Notes: generated by a model not told the origin, from the letters alone. Positions 49,738-57,831 are shown, counted from the first letter of the stretch. The stretch: 64,000 nucleotides of DNA from a virus (IMGVR_UViG_3300026382_000007), one strand, 5' to 3'. Program-made: numbers and translations.

Positions 49738-49942
49738 GTAGTCCTTTCAGTCAAGGGCTTCTTTAAGTCCTTGATTCTACGAAAAGACTCAAGAGTTTGC
49801 ACACAGTAACCGAATTAATCGGGCTGTCAGTGTATCAACTCGTCATTTTCCTCAAATCATATTCTTATAAGAAGCCTTGCCTACAATAGAACTATCTAGT
49901 TTTCCACGGTTTAGGGAATTCCGCTCAAAAATTCCAGGTAAT

Positions 49943-50026
49943 GGGTTTTCAAAGTCGTTCGGATACGGCAGCAAGACTGTAAATCTTGTCTCTAGGGGAG
50001 TGGTTCGAGTCCACGGGAACCCACCA
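49943..50026 (+). tRNA. tRNA-Tyr(GTA), type II, CCA encoded
   Basis: acceptor gggtttt/ggaaccc, anticodon arm caaga-ctGTAaa-tcttg, T-loop ttcgagt. Confidence 0.7.
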
Positions 50027-50032
50027 TTACAT

Positions 50033-50109
50033 CTGGATATAGCTCAGTTTGGGAGAGCACTTGCTTTGGGAGCAAGGGGTCGTAGGTTCAATCCCTACTA
50101 TTCAGACCA
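50033..50109 (+). tRNA. tRNA-Pro(TGG), CCA encoded
   Basis: acceptor ctggata/tattcag, D gctc-agtttggga-gagc, anticodon loop ttTGGga. Confidence 0.7.
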
Positions 50110-50116
50110 TTTTTAT

Positions 50117-50190
50117 TGAGGTATAGTTCAACGGCAGAACATGCGACTTTGACTCGCATAATATAGGTTCGATCCCTATTACCTCATCCA
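50117..50190 (+). tRNA. tRNA-Gln(TTG), CCA encoded
   Basis: U1-A72 acceptor tgaggta/tacctca, anticodon loop ctTTGac. Confidence 0.7.
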
Positions 50191-50191
50191 T

Positions 50192-50266
50192 CCTTGGGTA
50201 GCTCAATGGTAGAGCAGTCGGTTGATAACCGGAAGAATTGTGGTTCAATTCCACTCCTGAGGACCA
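50192..50266 (+). tRNA. tRNA-Ile(GAT), CCA encoded
   Basis: acceptor ccttggg/cctgagg, anticodon loop ttGATaa. Confidence 0.65.
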
Positions 50267-50276
50267 ATACTAATAT

Positions 50277-50351
50277 ACCACGGTCGTCTAATGGTTAGGA
50301 CACCATACTTTCAATTTGGTAACCGGAGTTCAATTCTCCGTCGTGGTACCA
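50277..50351 (+). tRNA. tRNA-Glu(TTC), CCA encoded
   Basis: acceptor accacgg/tcgtggt; anticodon loop ctTTCaa (one stem mismatch). Confidence 0.6.
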
Positions 50352-50361
50352 GAATTACAAT

Positions 50362-50437
50362 GGGGTGTTAGCTCATCTGGGAGAGCACTAGGTTTGCAAC
50401 TTAGAGGTGCAGGGTTCGAGTCCCTGACACTCCACCA
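50362..50437 (+). tRNA. tRNA-Ala(TGC), CCA encoded
   Basis: acceptor ggggtgt with G3:U70, anticodon loop ttTGCaa. Confidence 0.8.
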
Positions 50438-50479
50438 ATTTATTATTCAGCATTCAGCCCATTAATAGTGGGTTAAATG

Positions 50480-50554
50480 GTGAGTATAGTACAATGGTTA
50501 GTACGGAGGGTTGTGAACCTTCTAATTCCAGTTCAATTCTGGATACTCACACCA
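50480..50554 (+). tRNA. tRNA-His(GTG), CCA encoded (G at -1 present)
   Basis: acceptor gtgagta/tactcac perfect, anticodon loop ttGTGaa, g at 50479. Confidence 0.75.
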
Positions 50555-50555
50555 T

Positions 50556-50630
50556 GGCTCGGTCGTCTAATGGTTAGGACAACTGGTTTTCGACCAGTTA
50601 ATCAGAGTTCAATTCTCTGTCGAGTCACCA
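50556..50630 (+). tRNA. tRNA-Glu(TTC) second copy (divergent), CCA encoded
   Basis: acceptor ggctcgg/tcgagtc, perfect anticodon stem actgg/ccagt, loop ttTTCga (G37 unusual). Confidence 0.55.
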
Positions 50631-50651
50631 ATTTATTTATAAGGCTATGAC

Positions 50652-51125
50652 ATGAAAGATATGTATATGGAAGATGTTGGCAGTTTGTCAAGTGAAACAT
50701 GTGATTTTATATCTGAAAAGCTGAAACAATTTAACACACGGCTGACTGATGAACAAGTTAAGGATCTCGTTGAGAACCAAATTTGGGACGCAGTTTTTGA
50801 AAAACTAGAAAACTTTTGTGACAATGATTACAGAAGTCAAATGGGATAAGGGGGTAATGCTGAAAAGCAACATCGTGGAGGAAGAAGTAACGGTCAATAT
50901 GTTAATGACAGTTTCGGCGAAAAAGTATTTCTTCAATCTTCTTACGAACTATTATGTTCCGAGATACTGAACGAAATGGGCATATTATGGGTTAGACCAA
51001 AATCACTTCCATATGAGATAGATGGTAAAAAGAGAAAATACTTCCCTGATTTTCTCCTAGTGGATTATGGTATCTATTTAGATCCCAAAAATGATTTTTT
51101 GATTAAAAAGATATTCCTAAAATAA
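50652..51125 (+). pseudogene. Vsr/DUF559-like PD-(D/E)XK endonuclease (homing-endonuclease-like), interrupted by in-frame TAA at 50847
   Basis: ORF 50652-50849 continues in same frame after stop; downstream segment ..YEIDGKKRKYFPDFLLVDYGIYLDPK resembles Vsr motif PGRPDFVFP. Confidence 0.4.
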
Positions 51126-51194
51126 GAGCAGTAGAAGAACAAAATGATGTTTCCGTATTCATTTTATCGAAACAAAACATAACAACAGATTTCA

Positions 51195-51270
51195 TGGCGA
51201 GTATCATAATGGCTAATGACACCACCTCATAAGTGGTTCTATGCTGGTTCAAATCCAGTCTCGCCAACCA
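51195..51270 (+). tRNA. tRNA-Met/Ile2(CAT), canonical cloverleaf, CCA encoded
   Basis: acceptor tggcgag/ctcgcca, anticodon arm accac-ctCATaa-gtggt. Confidence 0.7.
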
Positions 51271-51286
51271 AACCAAAAACAAACAT

Positions 51287-51357
51287 GCCAACCGATCAGG
51301 GATCAGTCAGTGCTCATAACACAGACCAGCTTAGATCGTTACTAAGGGTTGGCACCA
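51287..51357 (+). tRNA. atypical tRNA-like (CAT) with reduced D-arm and A54..T58 T-loop (atcgtta)
   Basis: acceptor gccaacc/ggttggc + CCA; anticodon loop ctCATaa; only ~14 nt between acceptor and anticodon stem. Confidence 0.4.
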
Positions 51358-51360
51358 AAT

Positions 51361-51434
51361 GCGGACATAGTATAAAGGGATTATGGCGGTCTTCCAAACC
51401 GTGGATGCGAGTTCGAGCCTCGCTGTCCGCTCCA
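51361..51434 (+). tRNA. tRNA-Gly(TCC), CCA encoded
   Basis: acceptor gcggaca/tgtccgc, anticodon arm gcggt-ctTCCaa-accgt. Confidence 0.65.
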
Positions 51435-51439
51435 AACAT

Positions 51440-51514
51440 ACTCGGTTATTTCAGTGGTAGAATGTCTCCCTTACAAGGAGGAGGTCGTTGGTTCGAGTCC
51501 AACACCGAGTACCA
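51440..51514 (+). tRNA. tRNA-Val(TAC), CCA encoded
   Basis: acceptor actcggt/accgagt, anticodon loop ctTACaa. Confidence 0.65.
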
Positions 51515-51528
51515 AACACAACAAACAT

Positions 51529-51604
51529 GCTCTTCTAGCTTATGTGGTACAAGCATCGGTTTGAAGAACCGAGGATTGAAGTTCAACTCTTCAGGGGAGC
51601 ACCA
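51529..51604 (+). tRNA. tRNA-Phe(GAA), CCA encoded
   Basis: acceptor gctcttc/ggggagc, D gctt..aagc, anticodon arm tcggt-ttGAAga-accga. Confidence 0.75.
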
Positions 51605-51736
51605 TATTTTAATTATAAAGGAATTATCATGAGAGATAAGGATAATAGAAAAATCACACAATCAAAAAAGTCGTACGATCGCAAGAAAGTACAAAAACAT
51701 CGTTGGCAGGATTAACATTCAATTAATCCAAAATAT

Positions 51737-51811
51737 ATGCATGTAGCTCAGAGGCAGAGCAATGGTCTCCAAAACCATAGGTCGAGATTTCGAAATTCTC
51801 CATGTATGCCA
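51737..51811 (+). tRNA. tRNA-Trp(CCA), CCA encoded
   Basis: A1-U72 acceptor atgcatg/catgtat, discriminator G, anticodon arm atggt-ctCCAaa-accat. Confidence 0.7.
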
Positions 51812-51813
51812 AT

Positions 51814-51885
51814 GCCCAAACTGACGGATTCAGACTCGAGGTTTCGACCCTTGATGTCAAGGTTCAACTCCTTGTTTGGGCTCCA
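51814..51885 (+). tRNA. tRNA-Arg(TCG)-like with short non-canonical D-arm, CCA encoded
   Basis: acceptor gcccaaa/tttgggc perfect; anticodon arm cgagg-ttTCGac-ccttg; D region only 16 nt. Confidence 0.5.
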
Positions 51886-51979
51886 CTTCAATTTACACAA
51901 TCAAAAACAAACTCAATTATCATCATTAAATATCGTCATAATATACAAAGTTCCCTGAGAAAACTCATAACTAAAATTT

Positions 51980-52005
51980 AAGAAAACTCCTGTATAATAG
52001 TAATG
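51980..52005 (+). promoter_or_regulatory. extended -10 promoter (TGnTATAAT)
   Basis: ctcctgTATAATag at 51991-51998 upstream of 52037 gene. Confidence 0.4.
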
Positions 52006-52036
52006 TTTATAACAGGATTTCCGAACAGAGGCGAAT

Positions 52037-52219
52037 ATGACAATTAAGTTCATACACAATAGAAAAACAGTTTTAGAATACACGGTTGCTAACTTAAGCG
52101 ATCCAATTGTTCCAAAAAAACACGACCAACTAGATATTGATGGTCAAAACATGGTTATTGTTGATTTTTCAGCATTCCAAGATTTAGTAGTATTCAAGGT
52201 GGAAACATGCGAAAAATAA
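52037..52219 (+). CDS. hypothetical small protein
   Basis: 60 aa; upstream TGnTATAAT promoter at 51991-51998. Confidence 0.35.
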   Translation: MTIKFIHNRKTVLEYTVANLSDPIVPKKHDQLDIDGQNMVIVDFSAFQDLVVFKVETCEK

Positions 52220-52683
52220 CACACATAATAGTTCATGAAAGTGACTCAGGATGGGGTGATGCCTCGGCTATAAATAGTTGGCATTTAGATAGAGGCTGGA
52301 ATGGTATTGGATATCACAAGGTTATCTTGAACGGAAAAAGAACCTCAAAATCAAAATATAAAGAGTCTGAAGATGGTATCATTGAGTGTGGTAGGATGCT
52401 ACATTTGAGTGGTGCTCATGCAAGAGGTTATAACAAACAATCAATTGGATTGTGTCTGATCGGAAAACATGGTAAATTCACGAGCTTACAAATGAGTACT
52501 TTAATGGATGAAATAGTCAGGCTAATGGGTGCTTATGATATCCCTACATCGAATGTATTGGGCCACTATGAAATTCCTCTTAGTGGTGGAAAAACTTGTC
52601 CGGAAATTGATATGATGATTTTCAGAAATGAATTGCAAATGAGACTTGATGCTCTTGATGCAATGAACAAATTTGGAGCATAA
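52207..52683 (+). CDS. N-acetylmuramoyl-L-alanine amidase (T7 lysozyme / PGRP family) - candidate endolysin
   Basis: IIVHESD..GYHKVI..GAHARGYNKQSIGLCLIG..HYEI..KTCPE aligns with T7 lysozyme zinc ligands and catalytic residues. Confidence 0.8.
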   Translation: MRKITHIIVHESDSGWGDASAINSWHLDRGWNGIGYHKVILNGKRTSKSKYKESEDGIIECGRMLHLSGAHARGYNKQSIGLCLIGKHGKFTSLQMSTLMDEIVRLMGAYDIPTSNVLGHYEIPLSGGKTCPEIDMMIFRNELQMRLDALDAMNKFGA

Positions 52684-52684
52684 C

Positions 52685-53239
52685 ATGTTAAAAAACACAA
52701 CAATAATTATTCAAGCACATAAGGTGATTGAACCTACATTATCTCAGGCACTAGCTATTTGCCCAAATGTCATAATTTTTAATGACAAGGCGAAATTTAA
52801 ACATGATTCGGCAACAGTTGTGAGAGGAAGAGGGTTTTCTGGAAAATATGAAGATGCATATGAAATGTGTTTACCATTAGTGCAAACAGAATTTGTTTGT
52901 AGAATAAATGGTGGAGATGAGATTTTGGATCTTCAGGAGCCAACTGGTGACATTTGGCTCGCTAGATATAATAAAGATCACCCAGACCATAAAATGGACA
53001 AAGATTATTTTAAACATGCTGGTGCTTCTATTATAAGTGGTTCAGTAATAAAAACTGAAATTATGAAAGATCTTCTTGATGGGTACACTGTTGAAAATAA
53101 GGCGAAGTGGGGAAAATTTGGAAAATATTGTGGTGATATAATTTTGAATTCAGAATTCAAAATTTCACAAGCTGAGACTCAAAGCCTAGATTTCACATTC
53201 AAAATGTGGGGTTCAAGAGAAAATTCATATAAAGTATAA
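52685..53239 (+). CDS. hypothetical protein
   Basis: RBS ggagcataacATG. Confidence 0.35.
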   Translation: MLKNTTIIIQAHKVIEPTLSQALAICPNVIIFNDKAKFKHDSATVVRGRGFSGKYEDAYEMCLPLVQTEFVCRINGGDEILDLQEPTGDIWLARYNKDHPDHKMDKDYFKHAGASIISGSVIKTEIMKDLLDGYTVENKAKWGKFGKYCGDIILNSEFKISQAETQSLDFTFKMWGSRENSYKV

Positions 53240-53466
53240 GAATTTTGTAATTCTTTTTGTGAAAAGGGGGTTTTGCTCCCTTCAACCATTAAATAGAAGT
53301 ATAAATAACAACAAGGAACTAAGATGAAGTCTGATAAAAGACCCACTTTAAGCTGTAATTTGAATTCGCTGAATTCGGATATGATTAAACTTTAGTTCAC
53401 CCTCTATCTCAGGGTGAACATTCACTCTGGGAGCAATTTTTAAATTCCCCCAAATTTCTTATCAAT

Positions 53467-53512
53467 CTTAAGTAAGCTCTAAGCTAACTTTAGGTATAAT
53501 ATACTATATGAA
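53467..53512 (+). promoter_or_regulatory. conserved promoter cassette (no obvious CDS downstream)
   Basis: aagtaagctctaagctaactttaggTATAATatactatatg; -10 53495-53500. Confidence 0.5.
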
Positions 53513-53563
53513 AAGTAAATGGTTATTCCGCTTCTTTTTATCGTTCTTTAAAGTTTATATGAT

Positions 53564-53608
53564 CTTTAAGCTGACTCTAAGTTAGTTTACGGTATAATAT
53601 AGGTAACG
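53564..53608 (+). promoter_or_regulatory. conserved promoter cassette copy (ctgactctaagttagtttacgg form) 1 of 3
   Basis: tttaagctgactctaagttagtttacggTATAATataggt; -10 53593-53598. Confidence 0.5.
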
Positions 53609-53679
53609 AAAGTTAAGTAACACGAATGAAGATTACAAAGGTTTATTTACCTTTGACTTAACTTTTAAATCTATCAAAG

Positions 53680-53724
53680 CTTTAAGCTGACTCTAAGTTA
53701 GTTTACGGTATAATATAGGTATCT
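53680..53724 (+). promoter_or_regulatory. conserved promoter cassette copy 2 of 3 (identical 38-mer)
   Basis: -10 53709-53714. Confidence 0.5.
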
Positions 53725-53863
53725 TAATAAGATGATAAGGTTTGTAAGGTGACTAAAGAGGTTCGAATCCTCCCTTGATTTTCAAGAGATTTTAAATGTT
53801 GGAAAAGTTGCCTCAACTCAGGTTCGAATCCTGACATTTTATTAAGTTTCAAATCTTTCAAAA

Positions 53864-53908
53864 CTTTAAGCTGACTCTAAGTTAGTTTACGGTATAATAT
53901 AGGATAAA
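53864..53908 (+). promoter_or_regulatory. conserved promoter cassette copy 3 of 3 driving GC-rich noncoding region
   Basis: -10 53893-53898. Confidence 0.5.
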
Positions 53909-54280
53909 CTCTTTAATCAGGGCATCGATAAGCGGTCTAAGTCTTTTGACTGTGACCGCAACACGGTGTCTTTATTAAAGAGTTTAGTGTTTAGCTGACA
54001 CGACACTCTGAGTTTTGAAGTCAGAACCTTGGGAATGTAGCATAGAGGTAAATGTAACTGCCGTGGAGGCAGAGAAGAGGGATCGTTACCCTCCTTTCTC
54101 TACAAGGGTTTTGAGTGAAAAATGTTGATCTTTTCGAGCACACTAGTCACTGCTCGAAAACTCAACATGAACGAATAGAAAGTCACTGTGCTGGGATCAC
54201 CTGGATTTCAGTGAAACTTCTAACCGAGTTTGCAAGGTAGCACCTTGCGACTCAATGAATTACGAAATTTATTATATGAT

Positions 54281-54325
54281 TAAGCTTCTTTTAAGGAAGT
54301 TTACAGTATAATAACGGTAACTTAA
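54281..54325 (+). promoter_or_regulatory. promoter variant inside noncoding region
   Basis: aagcttcttttaaggaagtttacagTATAATaacggtaactt; -10 54307-54312. Confidence 0.4.
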
Positions 54326-55805
54326 AAGGAAACTATAAGAACTTCATTAAGTTCATATCGGCATCCAGGGATAGTGTCTACTGCAAAGTATCGGCATCCG
54401 TGGCTAGTGTTTATGAATTTAATGAAGTGCTTAGTACATAATGTCTGGCTTGGTTGTAGGTTTGCCCTATGTCAACGAAGACAAAGTGGAACGGGATTTC
54501 CGGACGCATATATTCGTAAAGATACTCTCAGTAATGGGACGAAAGGGGGATTGATAATCCTTCGCGGAAGTAATTCCGAACAAGTATGCAAAACAGAAAA
54601 CTCATTAAGACATCATCACGGTGGTGTTCGAATTGAACGATGAAGTACGAACTAAACAGTCTGGCCAACGGTGACACTGTTTGATCCCGCAAGGATCTAG
54701 TACATGCAAAATTCATAAGAAATGACAAGTTTAATCTGTAGTTCATTGGTCCGAGTCGTAACTGGCAAGGGCTTATGTTCAGTCTACATGAAAAAAGTCG
54801 CAAGGCTGAGTATCGTGATGGACGGTGAAAGTAGTGTGTTGCATGAAATCACAAAAGGTGGGAAGCATTCTGAGGCTCAAAAGGCTTTGGAACTTCTGAG
54901 GGAGCCCATCTTTATCAATCCGTAATAGCTTAAAGATAAGCATTTGTATTTGGCACAAAAGATTCAGGGTCATACCTGATTACTAATAAAAAACGCAAAG
55001 TCTCCCTCACCGTCACTTGAAAGTGGCTTAAGTCTACACCCATAATGTGGGAATGAAGACATGTTGATGCTCGCAAGGCGGATATATGTTTAGTGGAAAG
55101 CAAAGTTATCCGGCTCGCACTGGAGAATGGCTCGCAAGGTCAGACTGAGTAGAACATTAGAGTAGAGTGACGGGATGCAAGAAAAGCTACTTGTTGGCGA
55201 AAGCCTAAACAAAAGCAGTCATTGGAAATACTCGACCGAAAGGATGAGTGGATAACACTGGGAAACAATAATCCAGTCAAAGGTTCCAGCTGAAAGCTAT
55301 AATCTCAGGCTTCAAAATAAACTTTAAGAGTTTATTGAAATAAATTTGTGTAGCAGTGTTCGACTCCCGACCCACACAGAGTGGGTATTAAACGGGCAAC
55401 TGTTATTGGCACTGGTGTGGGATCACGAGGATTATGAAAAGAATAATCGCAAATTTATTTCAATAAGTTCTTAATTTACTCAAAATGAAGAATGGAATGT
55501 AGGCTTATCAAGTTGAAAGTGTGAGAACTGGATGTGGAATTGGCTTATGAAACTAGAAGAAATTGTTTCTAACGAAAGTACGGATGAATGAATGAATATG
55601 AGATGCAAATTGGGTTTACCAGATAATTCTCTCCGGAACTCTTAGTAGAAAAGAACATCACTGAGGTTGTATATTCAGTGATTGACTTTCAAACTTTTAT
55701 TATATGCTTTGAATGGGTCAGAAGATAATGATGGAGGGTGCGCACCTGAAGTCAGTGATGATATGACAAATCACTTTGAAAATGATAATATTTAAGTTTT
55801 CAGAA

Positions 55806-55837
55806 GTGGTGAGGTTCGATCCCTCACCTTTGCACCA
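55806..55837 (+). ncRNA. tRNA 3'-half-like element (T-arm + acceptor 3' strand + CCA) with no matching 5' half nearby
   Basis: tgagg-ttcgatc-cctca then cctttgc-a-cca; no gcaaagg-type 5' partner found within 100 nt. Confidence 0.3.
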
Positions 55838-55851
55838 ACAAATTTTAAATG

Positions 55852-55924
55852 TGCGGGGAACAGCGGATGTAATTTGGGCTCATAACCCAGACCCTGTGGG
55901 TTCAACTCCCACCCACCGCAACCA
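55852..55924 (+). tRNA. atypical initiator-like tRNA(CAT) with reduced D-arm
   Basis: anticodon stem with three consecutive G-C pairs (ttggg/cccag), loop ctCATaa, T-arm gtggg-ttcaact-cccac, CCA; acceptor tgcgggg/caccgca with one mismatch. Confidence 0.4.
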
Positions 55925-55929
55925 AATAT

Positions 55930-56006
55930 TGTATACGATTTCTCCAGGCGAGAAAGCTTGACTGTTAATCAAGAAGTGACTGGTTCGAGTCCAGTGTATA
56001 CAGCCA
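55930..56006 (+). tRNA. tRNA-Asn(GTT), CCA encoded
   Basis: acceptor tgtatac/gtataca perfect, D tttc..gaaa, anticodon arm cttga-ctGTTaa-tcaag. Confidence 0.75.
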
Positions 56007-56021
56007 AACAACTTAAATTTA

Positions 56022-56101
56022 AGAACTCTGTCCTTGATCGGGATTAATATGGTACGAGCGGAAATGATCATCCGTGGACTGTTCGACTCAGTCGAGTTCT
56101 T
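56022..56101 (+). ncRNA. tRNA-like element, 80 nt, no CCA, fold unresolved
   Basis: perfect 7-bp acceptor agaactc/gagttct and T-arm gactg-ttcgact-cagtc; internal arms not assignable by eye. Confidence 0.3.
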
Positions 56102-56350
56102 AAATTTGGGTTGATTACCTGAAGAGTCGCTATTGTTTTCGACTCAAAAAATACACAAACACGATAGTAAGTGATCGATACACACCACTGTTGGCATATC
56201 GCACAGACGATGCAGCGAGTTCCGGCTACACAGGGCAGAGGGAAACATCTAGAAGGTTTCATCGCAATTGTACATTGTGCGATTAACAAACTAAAATGAG
56301 CAAAAACTCGACCCACTTAAAGATTTAATCAATCTCGGGTCGTTTCAAGT

Positions 56351-56427
56351 GGCCTACTAACTCAATTGGCTAGAGTGTCTCGTTGTCTGCGAGAAGGTTA
56401 TCGGTTCGAGTCCGATGTGGGTCGCCA
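56351..56427 (+). tRNA. tRNA-Asp(GTC), CCA encoded (U37 unusual)
   Basis: acceptor ggcctac/gtgggtc, D actc..gagt, anticodon arm tctcg-ttGTCtg-cgaga. Confidence 0.55.
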
Positions 56428-56935
56428 TTTTCAAAATTGAATAAAGTAACTAACTAGAGTGGGAATGCTTGGATTGAGTTCTAGCACATACCTTAATAAT
56501 GTTCTCGCATCCTTGATTTAGCGATCACGGGACAAGTACACATGCTCCTCTATGATACAATATGCATCACTTGTATCATAAATGTTTGTTATTTTATTCA
56601 GTCTTGCAAGAATAAACTGAAGTGTCGGAATATCAAGAACTGCACTATAAAGTACGATTATCTGGTGAGATGCATACTGCTGAACCTACTCTAAAAGGGT
56701 TATGGCACCAATGGAAGATCATTCTGGACGGCTCCAGACACAGACTTGAAATCTGTAGGCATTTTAAAAGCAGTGTGGGGATCGACACCTCGTTCTTCCT
56801 CCATTTTAAATATAAACATAAGGAAATACAATGAAAACGACAAAATTAACGAAAACGACAAAACTTACAGACACATCTGAAAGAGATAGTTAGGTAAAAC
56901 TAGCTATGGGGTGTGTCTTTAATAAAAATAAAGAT

Positions 56936-57010
56936 GCATCCGAAGCTTAGTTGGCGAAGCACACGACTTTTAATCGTGGGAACAGAGTTCGATTCTCTGC
57001 GGTTGCACCA
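56936..57010 (+). tRNA. tRNA-Lys(TTT), CCA encoded
   Basis: acceptor gcatccg/cggttgc (one mismatch), anticodon arm cacga-ctTTTaa-tcgtg. Confidence 0.65.
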
Positions 57011-57018
57011 TTCAATGT

Positions 57019-57094
57019 GGATGTGTAACTCAATTGGCAGAGTACTCGGCTTTTAACCGAGAGGTTGTGGGATCATTGCCCACCGCATCCACCA
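57019..57094 (+). tRNA. tRNA-Lys(TTT) second divergent copy with A54..T58 T-loop (atcattg)
   Basis: acceptor ggatgtg/cgcatcc, anticodon arm ctcgg-ctTTTaa-ccgag. Confidence 0.55.
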
Positions 57095-57095
57095 T

Positions 57096-57170
57096 GCTTA
57101 ATTAGTATAGTGGCGATTATCCTCGTTTTGTAATCGAGGGACAGGTGTTCGATTCACCTATTAAGCTCCA
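57096..57170 (+). tRNA. tRNA-Thr(TGT), CCA encoded
   Basis: acceptor gcttaat/attaagc perfect; anticodon loop ttTGTaa; weak D-stem. Confidence 0.55.
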
Positions 57171-57182
57171 AATTTTTAAAAT

Positions 57183-57259
57183 GCCGGATTAGCTCCAACT
57201 GGAAGAGCATTTCACTTGTAATGAAAGGGCTATCTGTTCGAATCAGATATCCGGCACCA
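57183..57259 (+). tRNA. tRNA-Thr(TGT) second copy, CCA encoded
   Basis: acceptor gccggat/atccggc perfect, D gctc..gagc, anticodon arm tttca-ctTGTaa-tgaaa. Confidence 0.7.
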
Positions 57260-57744
57260 TTTATAGTATAAAGAACATTTTGGTGATTTTTGTACTGTTA
57301 AATGTTCACACTAAATCAAAAACAATGGTAGGGTAAATGAGTATGCATGCTTCCGCTCATCAGTCCAGAAAATTGAGAAGTGTAAAAAGGTCTATTGTAG
57401 CCTCAGAACCTTGAAAGGGAGAGGGAATATGCCTTGGAGATATCCAAAAGCTTTTTGGCGAAAATTTGTGCAAAACAAAATCCGCTCCAATCAACTCAAT
57501 TATATACAAGGGATTTTATAACAGTCACCTGATCTTGTATATAATTGAGCGGATTTCGACCTAAATGATTGCCTCCGACTTCAACAAGACAAAGGCTCAA
57601 GAAAATCATTTGTTAGGGTTGTGCCCATCTTACACGGTTCTTGTTCCGGTGTAGGCTCTGGGGAACTCTCTGAGTCGTCCGCTCCAACAAACGACTGCCC
57701 TCTATTTGAACTTATTGTAAGGTCATTCAACGGTGGTTTTTTAT

Positions 57745-57831
57745 GCTTCTCTGGTGGAATTGGTATACACGGTGGTCTTAGAAACCACTGCTCGAAAGGG
57801 CTTCCGAGTTCGAGTCTCGGGGGAAGCACCA
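57745..57831 (+). tRNA. tRNA-Leu(TAG), type II, CCA encoded
   Basis: acceptor gcttctc/gggaagc, anticodon arm gtggt-ctTAGaa-accac, variable hairpin gctc-gaaa-gggc. Confidence 0.7.

Noticed and set aside
53906-54300. RNase P RNA
   Set aside because: The universally conserved P4 motifs (GGAAAGTCCGG / AGAACCCGGCTTA-like) are not present. Only vague resemblance at 54968 (gcaaagtctccc).
54374-54973. ORFs 54374-54643, 54528-54803(-), 54722-54925, 54779-54973(-) as protein genes
   Set aside because: They lie in the GC-rich structured block, have mutually overlapping frames and random-looking sequences, and no start context. The region is treated as noncoding RNA.
55770-55837. tRNA-Leu(UAA) gene split by a group I intron, by analogy with cyanobacterial/plastid trnL, with 55806-55837 as the 3' exon
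   Set aside because: An intact intron-less tRNA-Leu(TAA) is present at 58281-58367. No 5' exon with a complementary acceptor strand was found.
55806-55837. Prophage attP core / integrase module implied by tRNA 3' fragments
   Set aside because: No integrase or recombinase gene is seen in the window, and the gene content (T4-like structural, RNR, ligases, tRNA array) is typical of a virulent jumbo phage. The idea is kept only as a remote possibility.
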